This document shows, piece by piece, positions 45,671 to 56,600 of a DNA stretch of 64,000 bases. Position 1 is the stretch's first letter. Each line of letters opens with the position of its first letter. Position numbers and translations under genes: made by a program. Source of the stretch: a bacterium (GTDB taxonomy: Bacteria > UBA8248). The notes below the pieces were generated by a model that saw nothing but the letters and a program-made list of their open reading frames with translations, made no database searches and was not told the DNA's origin. The stretch lies in the NCBI GenBank assembly GCA_965204535.1, contig OZ241996.1, forward strand, positions 960,001 through 1,024,000, written 5' to 3'.

Positions 45671-46837
45671 CTACAAACTCAATAAATTCTGGGCGATGAC
45701 CATGCGCTGTATCTGGTTGGTCCCCTCGATAATCTGCAACTGCTTCGCGTCTCTCATGAACCGCTCGAGCGGATGGTCTTTCATGTAGCCCGCGCCGCCG
45801 AGCACCTGAACCCCGTCCACAGCGGCCTTCATGGCGGCGTCAGTAGCGTAGCATTTCGCGGCGCAGATGAAATGCACGTGTTCTTTCCGGTAGCGGCCAT
45901 TATCCACCATCGAGGCGGCGCGGTAAACGAGCATTCGGGCGGCTTCGGTTTCCATGAACATGTCGGCGAGCATGAACTGCACGGCCTGGTGCTGCGCGAT
46001 GGGCTTTCCGAAGGCCTCGCGCTCCTTGGCATAATTCGAGGCGTAATCGAGACACCCCTGCGCCAGACCCACGCCCCGCGCGCCGATGGCGGGCCGCGCC
46101 TGGTTGAAGCCGAGCATGGCCGTCTTGAAGCCGAGGCCGCGCTCGCCGATCATGTTCTCCAAGGGAACGCGCGAGTCTTCCAGGAACACCTCACAGGTCG
46201 GTATCCCCCGCATCCCCATCTTGCGTTCATGACGCCCCACGCGGAATGCGCCCCTGGGAACGATGAAGAACGATATGCCCTTCGCCCCCATCTCGGGTTC
46301 GGTTTTCGCCGCCACGGTGATGAAATCCGCGACGCTCGAACCCGTGCAGTAGCATTTCTGGCCGTTGATGACCCACGAATCGCCGTCCCGGACCGCCCTT
46401 GTCGATATGTTCGCGGCGTCAGAACCCGCGTGCGGCTCGGTGAGCGAGAAGGCGGGCCGCAAATCGCCTTTGGCGACGCCTCCGAGATAGGTTTTTTTCT
46501 GTTCCTCGCTTCCGCCGATGGCGACGGGCCGTGTGGCGAGCAGGTGGACGGAGAAGAAAAGAGGGGAGTTCGAGCAAAAGCGCGCCATCTGCTCGATGGC
46601 AACGCAGGTTTCGAGTATTCCGAGTCCCGCTCCACCATAGGCTTCGGGAACGTAGAGGCCGAGAAGATCGTGGGATTTTAAGAGCTGAAATATGTCTTCG
46701 GGGTATTCGTCGTTCTCGTCGACCGCAGCGGCGCATGGCGCGACGTGGCGTCGGCTCAGTTCATAAACCGTCTCGGCCAGCATCCGCTGGGCCGGTGTGA
46801 GTTCGAACGCGCCCCCGGTATCCACCTTACCCGTCAC
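45671..46837 (-). CDS. Acyl-CoA dehydrogenase
   Basis: LTEPHAGSD, NGQKCY, KMGMRG, REAFGKPI, GGAGY, IIEGTNQIQR. Confidence 0.93.
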   Translation of the reverse strand: MTGKVDTGGAFELTPAQRMLAETVYELSRRHVAPCAAAVDENDEYPEDIFQLLKSHDLLGLYVPEAYGGAGLGILETCVAIEQMARFCSNSPLFFSVHLLATRPVAIGGSEEQKKTYLGGVAKGDLRPAFSLTEPHAGSDAANISTRAVRDGDSWVINGQKCYCTGSSVADFITVAAKTEPEMGAKGISFFIVPRGAFRVGRHERKMGMRGIPTCEVFLEDSRVPLENMIGERGLGFKTAMLGFNQARPAIGARGVGLAQGCLDYASNYAKEREAFGKPIAQHQAVQFMLADMFMETEAARMLVYRAASMVDNGRYRKEHVHFICAAKCYATDAAMKAAVDGVQVLGGAGYMKDHPLERFMRDAKQLQIIEGTNQIQRMVIAQNLLSL

Positions 46838-46850
46838 CCCCGGATTGCCC

Positions 46851-48023
46851 CTAGAGGCCGAGCAGGTTCCGGGCGATGATCATCCGCTGAATCTGGCTCG
46901 TTCCCTCGACGATCTGGATTTGCTTGGCGTCGCGCATGAACCGCTCGAGCGGGTGGTCCTTCATGTAGCCCGCCCCGCCGAGGACCTGGATGCTGTCTAT
47001 CGCGCACTTCATCGCCATGTCGGCCGCGTAGGTCTTGGCCGTCGAGAAATACCTGGCGTTCTCCTTGCCTATCTGGCCGGCGTCCACCAGGGCCGCCGCG
47101 CGGTAGACGAGCAGCCGCGCCGCCTCGATGTCCATGAACATGTCGGCGAGCATGAACTGCACGGCCTGGTGTTGGGCGATGGGCTTGCCGAACGCCTCGC
47201 GCTCCTTGGCGTAGTTCGCCGCGTAGTCGAGACACCCCTGCGCGAGACCCACCGCGCGCGAGCCGATGGCGGGGCGCATCTGGTTGAAGCCCACCATCGC
47301 GGTCTTGAAGCCCCCGTTCAACTCGCCCACCTGGTTCTCGATCGGGATGGCCACGTTGTCGAGATTGAGCATGCAGGTGGCGACCCCCCGCATCCCCATC
47401 TTGCACTCGTGCTTGGCGATGCTGAAGCCCGGCGCGTCGGTGGGCACGATGTAGTAGGTGATGCCGCGCGTGCCCGCGTGGGGGTCGGTCTTGGCGGCCA
47501 CGGTGATGAAGTCCGCCTTGTCGGGCCCCGTGCAGAAGCACTTCGTGCCGTTGATGACCCACTCATCACCCTCCTTGACGGCGCGCGTGCGGATGTTGCC
47601 GGCGTCGGAACCCGCGTGGGGTTCGGTGAGCGCGTAGGAGCCCCTGAGTTCGCCCTTCGCGAGGCCGGTCATGTAGTGGTCTTTCTGCTCCTGCGTGCCG
47701 CTTAAGTCGATGACGCGGCTCGAGAGCATGTTGAGCACGATGAACAGCGGCGAATTCGAGCAGACGCGCGCGATCTCCTCGATGGCGACGCACCCGCCCA
47801 GAAAGCCCATGCCGCCGCCCCCGTATTCTTCGGGGAAGAAGATGCCGAGCAGGCCGTATTCCTTTTGCAGCTGGTAGATGTCCTCGGGGTATTCCTCGTT
47901 CTCGTCGATGTCGGCGGCCCGCGGAGCGATGTAGCGCTCCGAAAGTTCGCGGACCGTCTGGCGGAGCATCTTCTGGGTTTCGTCGAGGTCGAATTGCAGC
48001 GTGGTTTCCGTTTGCAGGCTCAT
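46851..48023 (-). CDS. Acyl-CoA dehydrogenase (tandem paralog)
   Basis: Same motifs; IVEGTSQIQR; start MSLQTE at 48023. Confidence 0.93.
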   Translation of the reverse strand: MSLQTETTLQFDLDETQKMLRQTVRELSERYIAPRAADIDENEEYPEDIYQLQKEYGLLGIFFPEEYGGGGMGFLGGCVAIEEIARVCSNSPLFIVLNMLSSRVIDLSGTQEQKDHYMTGLAKGELRGSYALTEPHAGSDAGNIRTRAVKEGDEWVINGTKCFCTGPDKADFITVAAKTDPHAGTRGITYYIVPTDAPGFSIAKHECKMGMRGVATCMLNLDNVAIPIENQVGELNGGFKTAMVGFNQMRPAIGSRAVGLAQGCLDYAANYAKEREAFGKPIAQHQAVQFMLADMFMDIEAARLLVYRAAALVDAGQIGKENARYFSTAKTYAADMAMKCAIDSIQVLGGAGYMKDHPLERFMRDAKQIQIVEGTSQIQRMIIARNLLGL

Positions 48024-48146
48024 TTCATGGCTCCAGCGGTTTGATTTTCGATGGGAATGCGATAGGCAAGTTGATGAAAACCTTATAAAATTTTCCAACC
48101 AATAAGTTATGAGGCAAAATTGAAACAATCACATTAAGTATATGCA

Positions 48147-48407
48147 CTAACGGTAGATGTCTTTTCGGTGCCCGATGTCGAGAATGGTGATTATAGAGCG
48201 GCCCTCAAGAGCATACAAAATCCGGTAATCCCCCGATCGTATCCTGTATACATCGCTCGAAATCCCGCGGACTCTCGTTCCTCCATGCGCTTCTGCGTCC
48301 GCCAATCTGTCAATCTTGTTCCTTATCTGTCGCTTCAGTTTTTTGGTCGGGAGTTTTTCAAGAGCATGTATCGCTCTATCCGTATACCGAATTTCGGACG
48401 GATTCAC
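48147..48407 (-). CDS. RelE/ParE-family toxin
   Basis: YTDRAIHALEKL, YRIRSGDYRILY, IGHRKDIYR. Confidence 0.88.
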   Translation of the reverse strand: MNPSEIRYTDRAIHALEKLPTKKLKRQIRNKIDRLADAEAHGGTRVRGISSDVYRIRSGDYRILYALEGRSIITILDIGHRKDIYR

Positions 48408-48586
48408 TACTCGGTGATGCGATCAAGGGTCTCGGTTAATTCTTGTCCCGATACGAGTTTCTCACGCCCTTCTTCGATATCTCTCAGTATTTTCTCGGCC
48501 GTTTCGGCGTCGACGGTGTCTTCGAACTCTCCGGTTCCCTCGTGGTCCGCGACATCTTCAAGATTTTTCGCGACGTTCCGGCCCAT
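48407..48586 (-). CDS. Putative acidic antitoxin
   Basis: 59 aa, acidic, AAGGAG RBS, stop overlaps the toxin start. Confidence 0.65.
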   Translation of the reverse strand: MGRNVAKNLEDVADHEGTGEFEDTVDAETAEKILRDIEEGREKLVSGQELTETLDRITE

Positions 48587-48800
48587 CTCGTTTCTCCTTG
48601 TCCATGGGTATTCGCAATATAAATACATCGCTTTCGCTTTGTCAATTTTGCGTTGATTTGCACGGGAGGCATTTCATCCCTCTCGCAGCGATTGCGCCTC
48701 AACGCTTACGGGGGAATAATGTCCCGGATCCAATTTAGTTCGCTTAGGCGTTCGCCGAACCTCTCGACGTGCGCCCCGTTTCGATGGAGGAGTTTTGCGC

Positions 48801-49967
48801 ATGGACCTCGTCATACGCGGCGGATACGTCATAGACCCCTCACAGGGTCTGGAGGGGACGATGGACGTCGAAATCGCGCGCGGCCGCGTGCGGAGAGTCG
48901 CTCCCCACATCGAGCCGAAGGGCAGGCAGATCCTGAACGCGCGGGGGAAAATCGTCACGCCAGGCCTGGTCGACCTCCACTGCCATTTTTATGAGGGTTT
49001 TACGCACTACGGCGTGAATCTGGAGGCCGCCATGCTCTCGCGCGGGGTGACGACGGCGGTGGACACCGGCAGCGCGGGCGCGCAGACGTACCCGGGTTTT
49101 CAGGAATGGTTTTTGGAAAAAGCGCGCTTCACGGTGCGCGCGTACTTGAACATCTCGGAAGGCGGGCTCCTGATAGACGGCCTGGGCGAGAACATCGACA
49201 TGCGCGCGCTGCGTGTGGACAGGGCGGTGGATTGCTACCGGAAGCACCAAAAATACCTCATCGGCATGAAAGTGCGCTTAAGCAAGAACGTGGTGGAGCG
49301 AAGCGGCACGAAACCCCTGGACGCGGCGCTCGAGGCGGCGGAGTCTCTGAAAGTGCCCCTCATGGTGCACGTGGGCGACACGCCCTCTTCATTGCCGAGC
49401 ATCCTGAAGCGCCTCCGCCCAGGCGACGTGCTCACGCACGCGTTTCACGGCCGCAGCGAGAACATACTCGACAGGCGGGGCCGGGTGCGCCGCGCGGTGT
49501 GGGAGGCGCGGGATTCGGGCGTGCTGCTGGACGTGGCGCACGGGCGCTCGAGCTTCAGTTTCGAGATTATGGAGCGGGCCATGGCCCAGGGTCTGATGCC
49601 CGGAAACCTGAGCACCGACCTCCATACGCACTGCATCCACGGCCCGGTGTATGATTTTCCCAGTCTCATGAGCAAGTTTCTGGCCTTAGGACTCCCTCTC
49701 GCGGAAGTGGTGCGGCTCAGCACGCAGACGGCCGCCGAGTGGATCGGCCTCAAGGGGAAAGTGGGGACGCTCCAAAAGGGCGCGAGAGGCGACGTCGCCG
49801 TGTTCCGGATGAAGGAAGGCCGGTTCGTTTTCGAGGACAGCATGGGGGCGCGGCGCACGGGGAGGCGGATGCTCGAGGCGACGCACGTGGTCCTGGGAGG
49901 CAGGCTGCTCAGGCCGTCCGGGAAGGAGCGGCGTAGACTCACCGAGGTATCGGTAAAACAGAAATAA
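48801..49967 (+). CDS. Amidohydrolase/deacetylase family metallohydrolase (dihydroorotase-like)
   Basis: PGLVDLHCH, GVTTAVDTGSAG, GMKVR, MVH, THAFHG, DVAHG, STDLH. Confidence 0.88.
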   Translation: MDLVIRGGYVIDPSQGLEGTMDVEIARGRVRRVAPHIEPKGRQILNARGKIVTPGLVDLHCHFYEGFTHYGVNLEAAMLSRGVTTAVDTGSAGAQTYPGFQEWFLEKARFTVRAYLNISEGGLLIDGLGENIDMRALRVDRAVDCYRKHQKYLIGMKVRLSKNVVERSGTKPLDAALEAAESLKVPLMVHVGDTPSSLPSILKRLRPGDVLTHAFHGRSENILDRRGRVRRAVWEARDSGVLLDVAHGRSSFSFEIMERAMAQGLMPGNLSTDLHTHCIHGPVYDFPSLMSKFLALGLPLAEVVRLSTQTAAEWIGLKGKVGTLQKGARGDVAVFRMKEGRFVFEDSMGARRTGRRMLEATHVVLGGRLLRPSGKERRRLTEVSVKQK

Positions 49968-50282
49968 TCTAAAATTCCGGCGCCGGGGGTTGACTCCCCG
50001 GCTTGGCAGGATTATTTTACGGCCTTGTTTTTCAGGGGAATAAAACTTTTTTTTGAAAATCCAGAGGCAAGCAGGATGCGGACGACGACAAGATATTGTG
50101 GCGGATATCGCTTTTTCGGCTTTATCCCCGTCCGTCCGCGCGCCGTGATGTAGCAAACAAAACGGCGGCGGGCGGACAGCCCGGCCGCCACGGACAATCG
50201 AGACACATTCGCCGTGGGAAGCCTCACGGCGATTTTTTTTAGGCTTGCGCTGAAAATTTCAAGAGGGAAAAGGAGATTTATC

Positions 50283-51302
50283 TTGATTATCGTGATGAAA
50301 CAAGGCGCGACGGATGAGGAAATCCAAAACGCCATCGGCAGGATCAACGAACTCGGCTACAAGGAGCACGTCATCAAAGGGGTGGAGCGTACGGTGATCG
50401 GGGCCATCGGGGATGAACGGGGGAAATACATGTTGGAATCACTTGTTTCGTTGAATGGAGTGGAAAGCGCGATGCCGATTCTCAAGCCCTTCAAACTGGC
50501 GAGCGCGGAGGGAAGGCCCGAGCGCAGCAAATTGCCGATGGGCGAGGGAGTGGAAATCGGCGGTGAGCAAATCATCATCGTCGGCGGGCCGTGCTCCGTG
50601 GAGAGCAGGGAGCAGATCATGGAATCCGCCGAAGTGGTAAAGAAGGGCGGCGGCCACGTCTTAAGGGGCGGCGCCTACAAGCCGCGCACCTCGCCGTACA
50701 GTTTCCAGGGCATGGCGGAAGAGGGCCTCGCACTCCTCGCCGAGGCGCGCGAAAAGACGGGACTTCCCATCCAGACGGAGGTCATGGACTCCGAAGACAT
50801 CGACGTGTGCTGCGAATATGCGGACGTGCTGCAAATCGGCGCGCGCAACGTGCAGAACTTCTCGTTGCTGAAAAAAGTCGGCAAGACGAACAAGACCATT
50901 TTCCTGAAGCGCGGCATGTCCACGACCATCGAAGAGTTCCTGATGTCGGCGGAATACATCATGAGCCAGGGGAACCCGAACGTCGTGCTGTGCGAGCGGG
51001 GGATACGCACCTTCGAGACGGCCACGCGCAACACGCTGGACATCAGCGCCGTGCCCGTGCTCAAGGAGCAGACGCATTTGCCGGTCGTGGTGGACCCGAG
51101 CCACGCGGCGGGCGCCTGGCGGTTCGTCGCGCCCCTGGCGAAGGCGGCCGTGGCCGTCGGGGCGGACGGCCTGATGCTGGAGATGCACCCCGAACCCGAG
51201 AGGGCGATGAGCGACGGACCGCAGTCGCTCAAACCCGAGAAGTTCGCCGCCCTCGTCGAGGAACTCAAGGTTTTCGCAGAGGCTGCCGGAAGAACGCTAT
51301 AG
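50283..51302 (+). CDS. aroF: DAHP synthase type I-beta with N-terminal ACT-like domain
   Basis: [47 protein letters not shown]. Confidence 0.95.
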   Translation: MIIVMKQGATDEEIQNAIGRINELGYKEHVIKGVERTVIGAIGDERGKYMLESLVSLNGVESAMPILKPFKLASAEGRPERSKLPMGEGVEIGGEQIIIVGGPCSVESREQIMESAEVVKKGGGHVLRGGAYKPRTSPYSFQGMAEEGLALLAEAREKTGLPIQTEVMDSEDIDVCCEYADVLQIGARNVQNFSLLKKVGKTNKTIFLKRGMSTTIEEFLMSAEYIMSQGNPNVVLCERGIRTFETATRNTLDISAVPVLKEQTHLPVVVDPSHAAGAWRFVAPLAKAAVAVGADGLMLEMHPEPERAMSDGPQSLKPEKFAALVEELKVFAEAAGRTL

Positions 51303-51303
51303 C

Positions 51304-52173
51304 ATGTCCGTTCTTTTCGTGTTCGTGGACGGCTTGGGAATTGCCCCGCCTTCACCGGGAAATCCACTCTCCCGCGTGAGGGAACCTCCGCTGGGGCTTT
51401 TGTGTGGAAACGCGGCGCCGGGTTTCCGCCTCATCGAGGCGGACGCCTGCCTCGGCGTCGAGGGTATCCCCCAGAGCGCAACGGGCGGCACGGCCTTGTT
51501 CACGGGCGTGAACGCGCCCAAGGCGGTGGGCAGGCACGTCCAGGCCCTTCCGAATACGCAACTACGCCGCATCATCTGCCGAAACGGACTCTTGCGGCGC
51601 GCACGCGAGAGGGGCGCCGGCGTCGGGTTCGCCAACACGTATACGCCTCGTTTTTTCATGCGCCGCAGAAACCGCATCCGCTCGGTGACCACGGTGATGG
51701 CCGAGAGCGCGGGAATGCGGCTGAACCGCCTCGAGGATCTCATCGAGGGAAGGGCCGTTTATCGCGACTACACGAACAAGATAATCGTCGAGCAAGGCCA
51801 TGATGTCGCGACGTTGGACCCCGAGGAGGCGGGCGAACGCCTCGGAAAGCTGGCGCGAACCAAGGATTTACTGGTCTATGAGTTTTTCCAGACCGATCAC
51901 GTCGGACACCGCGGAACCACCGAGGAGGCAGTTGAGGTTCTGGCGAATTTGAACCGTTTCCTGCAGGCTGCGCTCCGGCACATCGACCCGGATAAAGATA
52001 CGTTCGTTCTGAGCAGCGACCACGGCAACGTGGAGGATATGGAAACCTCCGCGCACACCAGAAATCCCGTACCCGTATTGTTCTACGGGAAGGGTGCGGA
52101 CACCTTGCTGTCGGATGCCGTGAATCCGAGCATCTGCCATGTAACGCCCCTGATTCTCAGCATGATTTCGTAA
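51304..52173 (+). CDS. Alkaline-phosphatase-superfamily metalloenzyme (phosphoglycerate mutase/phosphopentomutase-like)
   Basis: FVDGLG, PQSATG, TDHVGH, SSDHGNVED, HTRNPVP. Confidence 0.8.
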   Translation: MSVLFVFVDGLGIAPPSPGNPLSRVREPPLGLLCGNAAPGFRLIEADACLGVEGIPQSATGGTALFTGVNAPKAVGRHVQALPNTQLRRIICRNGLLRRARERGAGVGFANTYTPRFFMRRRNRIRSVTTVMAESAGMRLNRLEDLIEGRAVYRDYTNKIIVEQGHDVATLDPEEAGERLGKLARTKDLLVYEFFQTDHVGHRGTTEEAVEVLANLNRFLQAALRHIDPDKDTFVLSSDHGNVEDMETSAHTRNPVPVLFYGKGADTLLSDAVNPSICHVTPLILSMIS

Positions 52174-52323
52174 ATTTTTCTCAAAGATTGCCTGCTGCGC
52201 CACTCAAGGAGGGTGTCCGCCCCGAAAGAGGCGGCTCCCGCTTTTCAAACATTGACTTTCGACCCGGTTATGAAATAGACTCGATCCGCATAATTCGGGT
52301 CGTTTTTGTAATATTTTGGCGAA

Positions 52324-53562
52324 ATGGGGCGCAGGATGGAGAATCTCGACCCGACACTGATGGCGCGAATCCAAAAAGACGGCGTAGGGCCCTTCTTGCG
52401 ATCTGCGCGTGAGAAAAAAGGCGTACCTCTCCGCGCGATCTCCGAGCACACCCGAATCCGAACATACTATCTGGAAAGTATTGAAAACGGCGATTTCGAT
52501 AAATTGCCGACCGGACCGGTCGGTCTGGGCTTCGTTCGCGCTTTTGCGGATGCGGTGGAGGTGGACTGCCAGGCCGTCGCCGCGAGCTATAAGCGCGAAA
52601 CGGCGGGCGAGGTTCCATTGGAGGGATTTGGGCTGGAGACCGAGACCCGAACCTTCTACAGCCCCGCTTCCCGGGTGAATCGATTCTCATCCGTTGCCAC
52701 CTTTGCTTTCGTGTTGATTTTTCTGCTCGCCGGCGGGGGGCTCCTCTGGTTCATGAAAGGGAGGACGGAGCAGCTTGTTCCGGTTGAATCGATTGTCGGC
52801 AGAATCAAGACCGCTGTTGCGCCCGTGGCGGAGAAGATCCCCGGCCTCAATGAAAAAGCAAAGGATGAAAATGGAACGGGGAAAGAAACCGCCGTTATCG
52901 AGAAGGAGGCTTCCGAGCAGGAGCGCTCTCCCGTCGAGGCCGTGAACTTGAAGGAGCCTCCGGTTTCAGAGGAGGAAAAACCTTCTCCGGCTGTGGAGAA
53001 GCCTCCGGCTCAAGATGGTCTCCCGGTTCAGGAGAATTCTGTGGCTGAACAGACTCCTACCGATCGAGAAGACCCACCGGCCCGGGCGCAGGAAAGTCCC
53101 CCGGTTCAAGCGAGCGTCCAGCTTCAAGAGACTCCCCGGGTTCGTGATAACCCGCCGCCTCCGGAGAATCCGCCGGTTTCGGGAACCCCGCCGGTTCAGG
53201 CGAACCCTCCGGCCGAGAAGGAAGTCGCCCTCAACACGGCGCCGCAGGCTCAAGACACGCCCCAGGAGGAGCAGCCCTCGGCGGCTCCGGCGCCGGCGAC
53301 TCCCGGGGAGCCTCCCCTGACACTCAGGATTTTTGCGGCGGAAGACACGTGGCTTCGAATCGTGGTCGATGCGAAAAATACGGAAGAACTCCTTTTGCTG
53401 GCGGGCAACGAGAAAGATTGGAAGGCGTCGGAAAAATTCGCCCTTACGGTGGGCAACGTGGCGGGAACCCAGGTATCCTTGAACGGTGCGGAGGTCGCGT
53501 TGCCCCAAAATACTTCCAACGTGCTCAGGGATTTCGTCCTTACCAGGAATTCTTTGAATTAA
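52324..53562 (+). CDS. rodZ: RodZ-like protein (HTH, TM, Pro-rich linker, DUF4115)
   Basis: GPFLRSARE..YLESIENG..LP; one TM helix; C-terminal TWLRI..GN..LNG. Confidence 0.8.
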   Translation: MGRRMENLDPTLMARIQKDGVGPFLRSAREKKGVPLRAISEHTRIRTYYLESIENGDFDKLPTGPVGLGFVRAFADAVEVDCQAVAASYKRETAGEVPLEGFGLETETRTFYSPASRVNRFSSVATFAFVLIFLLAGGGLLWFMKGRTEQLVPVESIVGRIKTAVAPVAEKIPGLNEKAKDENGTGKETAVIEKEASEQERSPVEAVNLKEPPVSEEEKPSPAVEKPPAQDGLPVQENSVAEQTPTDREDPPARAQESPPVQASVQLQETPRVRDNPPPPENPPVSGTPPVQANPPAEKEVALNTAPQAQDTPQEEQPSAAPAPATPGEPPLTLRIFAAEDTWLRIVVDAKNTEELLLLAGNEKDWKASEKFALTVGNVAGTQVSLNGAEVALPQNTSNVLRDFVLTRNSLN

Positions 53563-53653
53563 GGGTTTATCTGAAAGTTTACATGCCGTATGTGACGCTC
53601 CGACTCATTGCATCGCCTCATGCGCATCGAGCAGAGACCAGAAATTTCACATC

Positions 53654-56600
53654 ATGAATAAATCCTTTTTATCGCTTCGGGGTCTCGACGGGGTCAGGCG
53701 GGTTCACTTGCGCGGCGCGAACGATGCGTCGGTCGCCTGGTGGCTGGCCAGGATTGCGCGCGAACACCCCGGACCCGTCGTTTACGTCGAGGAGGAGCAG
53801 CGACGCCTCGAAGTGATCAAAGCGAACATGAAGCTGTTCCTCGGCGCCTCGGGGGAGCGGAATGCGCCGGTACTGGGTTTCCCGGCATGGGACGTGTATC
53901 CCTTCTCCCGGTTGTCTCCATCGAGTGAAATCGTCGGCGAGAGGATGTCCGCGCTGCGGTTTTTGCGCGACGGAGGACAAGGCGTCGTACTGACGAGCGT
54001 ATCGGCCATGGGGACGAGGGTGCCTCCGCCCGAGCGTTTGAGCGCCGCCGTGATTCACTTGCGCGAAGGGATGGAGATTGAGCGCGACCCGTTCATCGGC
54101 TCACTCGAATCGCTGATGTACCAAAGGCGGTCGGTGGTCGAATCCCCCGGAGAATATACCGTAAGGGGCGGTATTCTGGACTTTTTCTCCCCCCAGAACG
54201 CATACCCGACGCGTCTGGAGCTTCGCGGGGACGAAATCGATTCCCTGCGAAACTTCAATCCCCAGACGCAGCGAAATCTGAACACCCTGCAGAGTGCGGA
54301 CGTTTTTCCATCGAGAGAGATTGTTCTCTCGCCCGAGGAGGTGGAGAGGGGCCGCCGCGCCCTTTTGGAAGCCGATACGCCGGAAACGAGCGAACGGGTC
54401 GAGCGCCTTCTCGAATACCTGGATGCGGACGGCCATTTTTCGGGGGTGGAGGGTCTCGCGCCCATGTTCTTGTCCGACATGACGACCTTGTTCGACGTGG
54501 CGCCCGGGAGCGCGCTCTGGATTGTGAACGAAGCGGAAAACCTCGACGAAGCGATCGAGAAGCTGTGGGGCGAAGTGAACGAGGAGGCGCGTCTCGCGCC
54601 CGAGAGGGGTCTCGTTTCCTTCGTGCCCGAGCGTTTGTGGCTCGCGCCCGAGGAAATTCGCGAGGAACTCTCCATCTGGCCGCGTCTGGAGTTCCATTCG
54701 CTGGGGCTCGACGCCAAAGATGCCGAAGAGAGTTTCGGGGCCTTGCGCGCGGAAAACATCAACCCTTTCCGGGGGCGGGTGGAGGCGTTCGTCGGTCAAC
54801 TGCGTTCGTGGCGTCGGGGGGATGAAAGCGTCGTCATCGTGGCGGAGGAGAAGACCCTCGCGCTCAGGATACAGGCGCTTTTGCGCGAGCATGAGGTGGG
54901 CGTGGAAATTTTGCCCCGGGGCGCCTCGCTCATGGATGGGCGTCACGACGTCGTGCTGGCGGAGGGGAAACTCGGCGCCGGCTTCCGGCTGCCCGATGAG
55001 CGCAGGGTGTTCTTTCGCGCGCAGGACCTGCTCGTCGGCGCTTTGGGGCGGGATTCGCGCCGTCTCCCCCGGTCGAAGCCCGGCGAGGGGTTCAAGGATT
55101 TGAGCGAAAACGACCTCGTGGTGCACGTGGAGCACGGGGTCGGCCGCTACATGGGCACGCGCGTCATCGAGCACCGCGACGGGGAGAACGAATTTCTCAC
55201 CCTCCAGTATGCGGGGGGCGACAAGCTCTATGTCCCGATGGACGACGTCGAACGGATCCACAAATATCGCGGAGGGGGAGTGGCGCCGCCGCTCGACAGA
55301 TTGGGCGGGAACCGGTGGAACAAGACGAAGAACAACGTCAAGAAATCGCTCCAGGGGATCGCTCGCGATCTGGTGCGGCTGTATTCGGAGCGGAGCGCCG
55401 CCCGGGGGTATGCTTTTTCGGCGGAAGGCGCGTTCGATCATGAAATATCCGCCGGCTTCGGGTTCGAGGAGACGCCCGATCAGGAGCAGGCGATTCGCGC
55501 CGTGCTGGAGGATATGGAGCGCGCCCGACCGATGGATCGCCTCATCTGCGGGGACGTCGGCTACGGAAAGACGGAGGTGGCGCTCAGGGCTGCCGCCCGG
55601 GCGATTTCGGCGGGCAAGCAAGTCGCCGTCATCGTGCCGACGACGCTCCTGGCGCACCAGCATTGGGACACCTTTCGCACGCGCTTCGAATCGCTGCCGG
55701 CCCGCGTGGAGATGCTCTCGCGCTTCAGGAGCAGAAAAGAGCAGACTGAAGTTGTGGAGGGGCTCTCCGCCGGGCGGGTGGACATCGTCATCGGCACCCA
55801 CCGGATGTTGCAAAAAGACGTGTCGTTCCGCGATCTGGGGCTTTTGGTCATCGACGAAGAGCATCGTTTCGGCGTCTCCCACAAGGAGAAGCTCAAGAAA
55901 CTCCGCGTCAACGTGGACGTTCTCACGCTCACCGCCACGCCTATCCCCCGGACCCTGGAGATGGCGCTCTCGGGCACTCGCGATTTGAGCGTCATCGAGA
56001 CGCCTCCGCGCCACCGGGTCGCGCCGCGCACGTATATATCGCGTTTCAGCGAAAAACTCATCAAAGACGCCGTCACCAAGGAAATCGACCGGGGCGGGCA
56101 GGTGTTTTTCGTGCACAACCGGGTGCAGAGCCTCCCCGCCATGCAGCGGCTTCTGCGGAAACTCGCGCCCGACGCGCGCGTCCTGGTGGGTCACGGCCAG
56201 ATGAAAGAGAGAGAACTCGAAGACGTGATGGAGCAGTTCGTGACCCGGCGGGCCGACGTGCTGCTTTGCACCACGATCATCGAAAGCGGACTCGACATTC
56301 CCTCGGTCAACACCATCGTCATCAATCGCGCGGACACGTTCGGCATGGCGCAGCTGTACCAGTTGCGCGGCCGGGTGGGGCGCGACAGGTTCCAGGCGCA
56401 CGCCTACCTTCTGGTCTCGGGCGCAGGCTCCCTGACGAAGCAGGCCAGAGAACGCCTCCAGGCGCTCGAGGAGTTGAGCGAACTGGGGGCCGGCTTCAAG
56501 CTCGCCATGCGCGATCTGGAAATCCGCGGCGCAGGGCACTTGCTCGGGCATCGCCAGTCGGGGCAGATATCGGCCGTGGGGTTCGACATGTACTGCCGCC

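Noticed and set aside
48147-48586. RelE TA module as a novel defence system
   Set aside because: Ordinary type II TA layout; annotated as features only.
50087-50100. NrdR-box-like GACAAGATATTGTG upstream of aroF
   Set aside because: Single copy and no ribonucleotide reductase gene nearby; could be chance.
52860-53320. Pro/Glu-rich quasi-repeats in rodZ
   Set aside because: Ordinary low-complexity periplasmic linker of RodZ.
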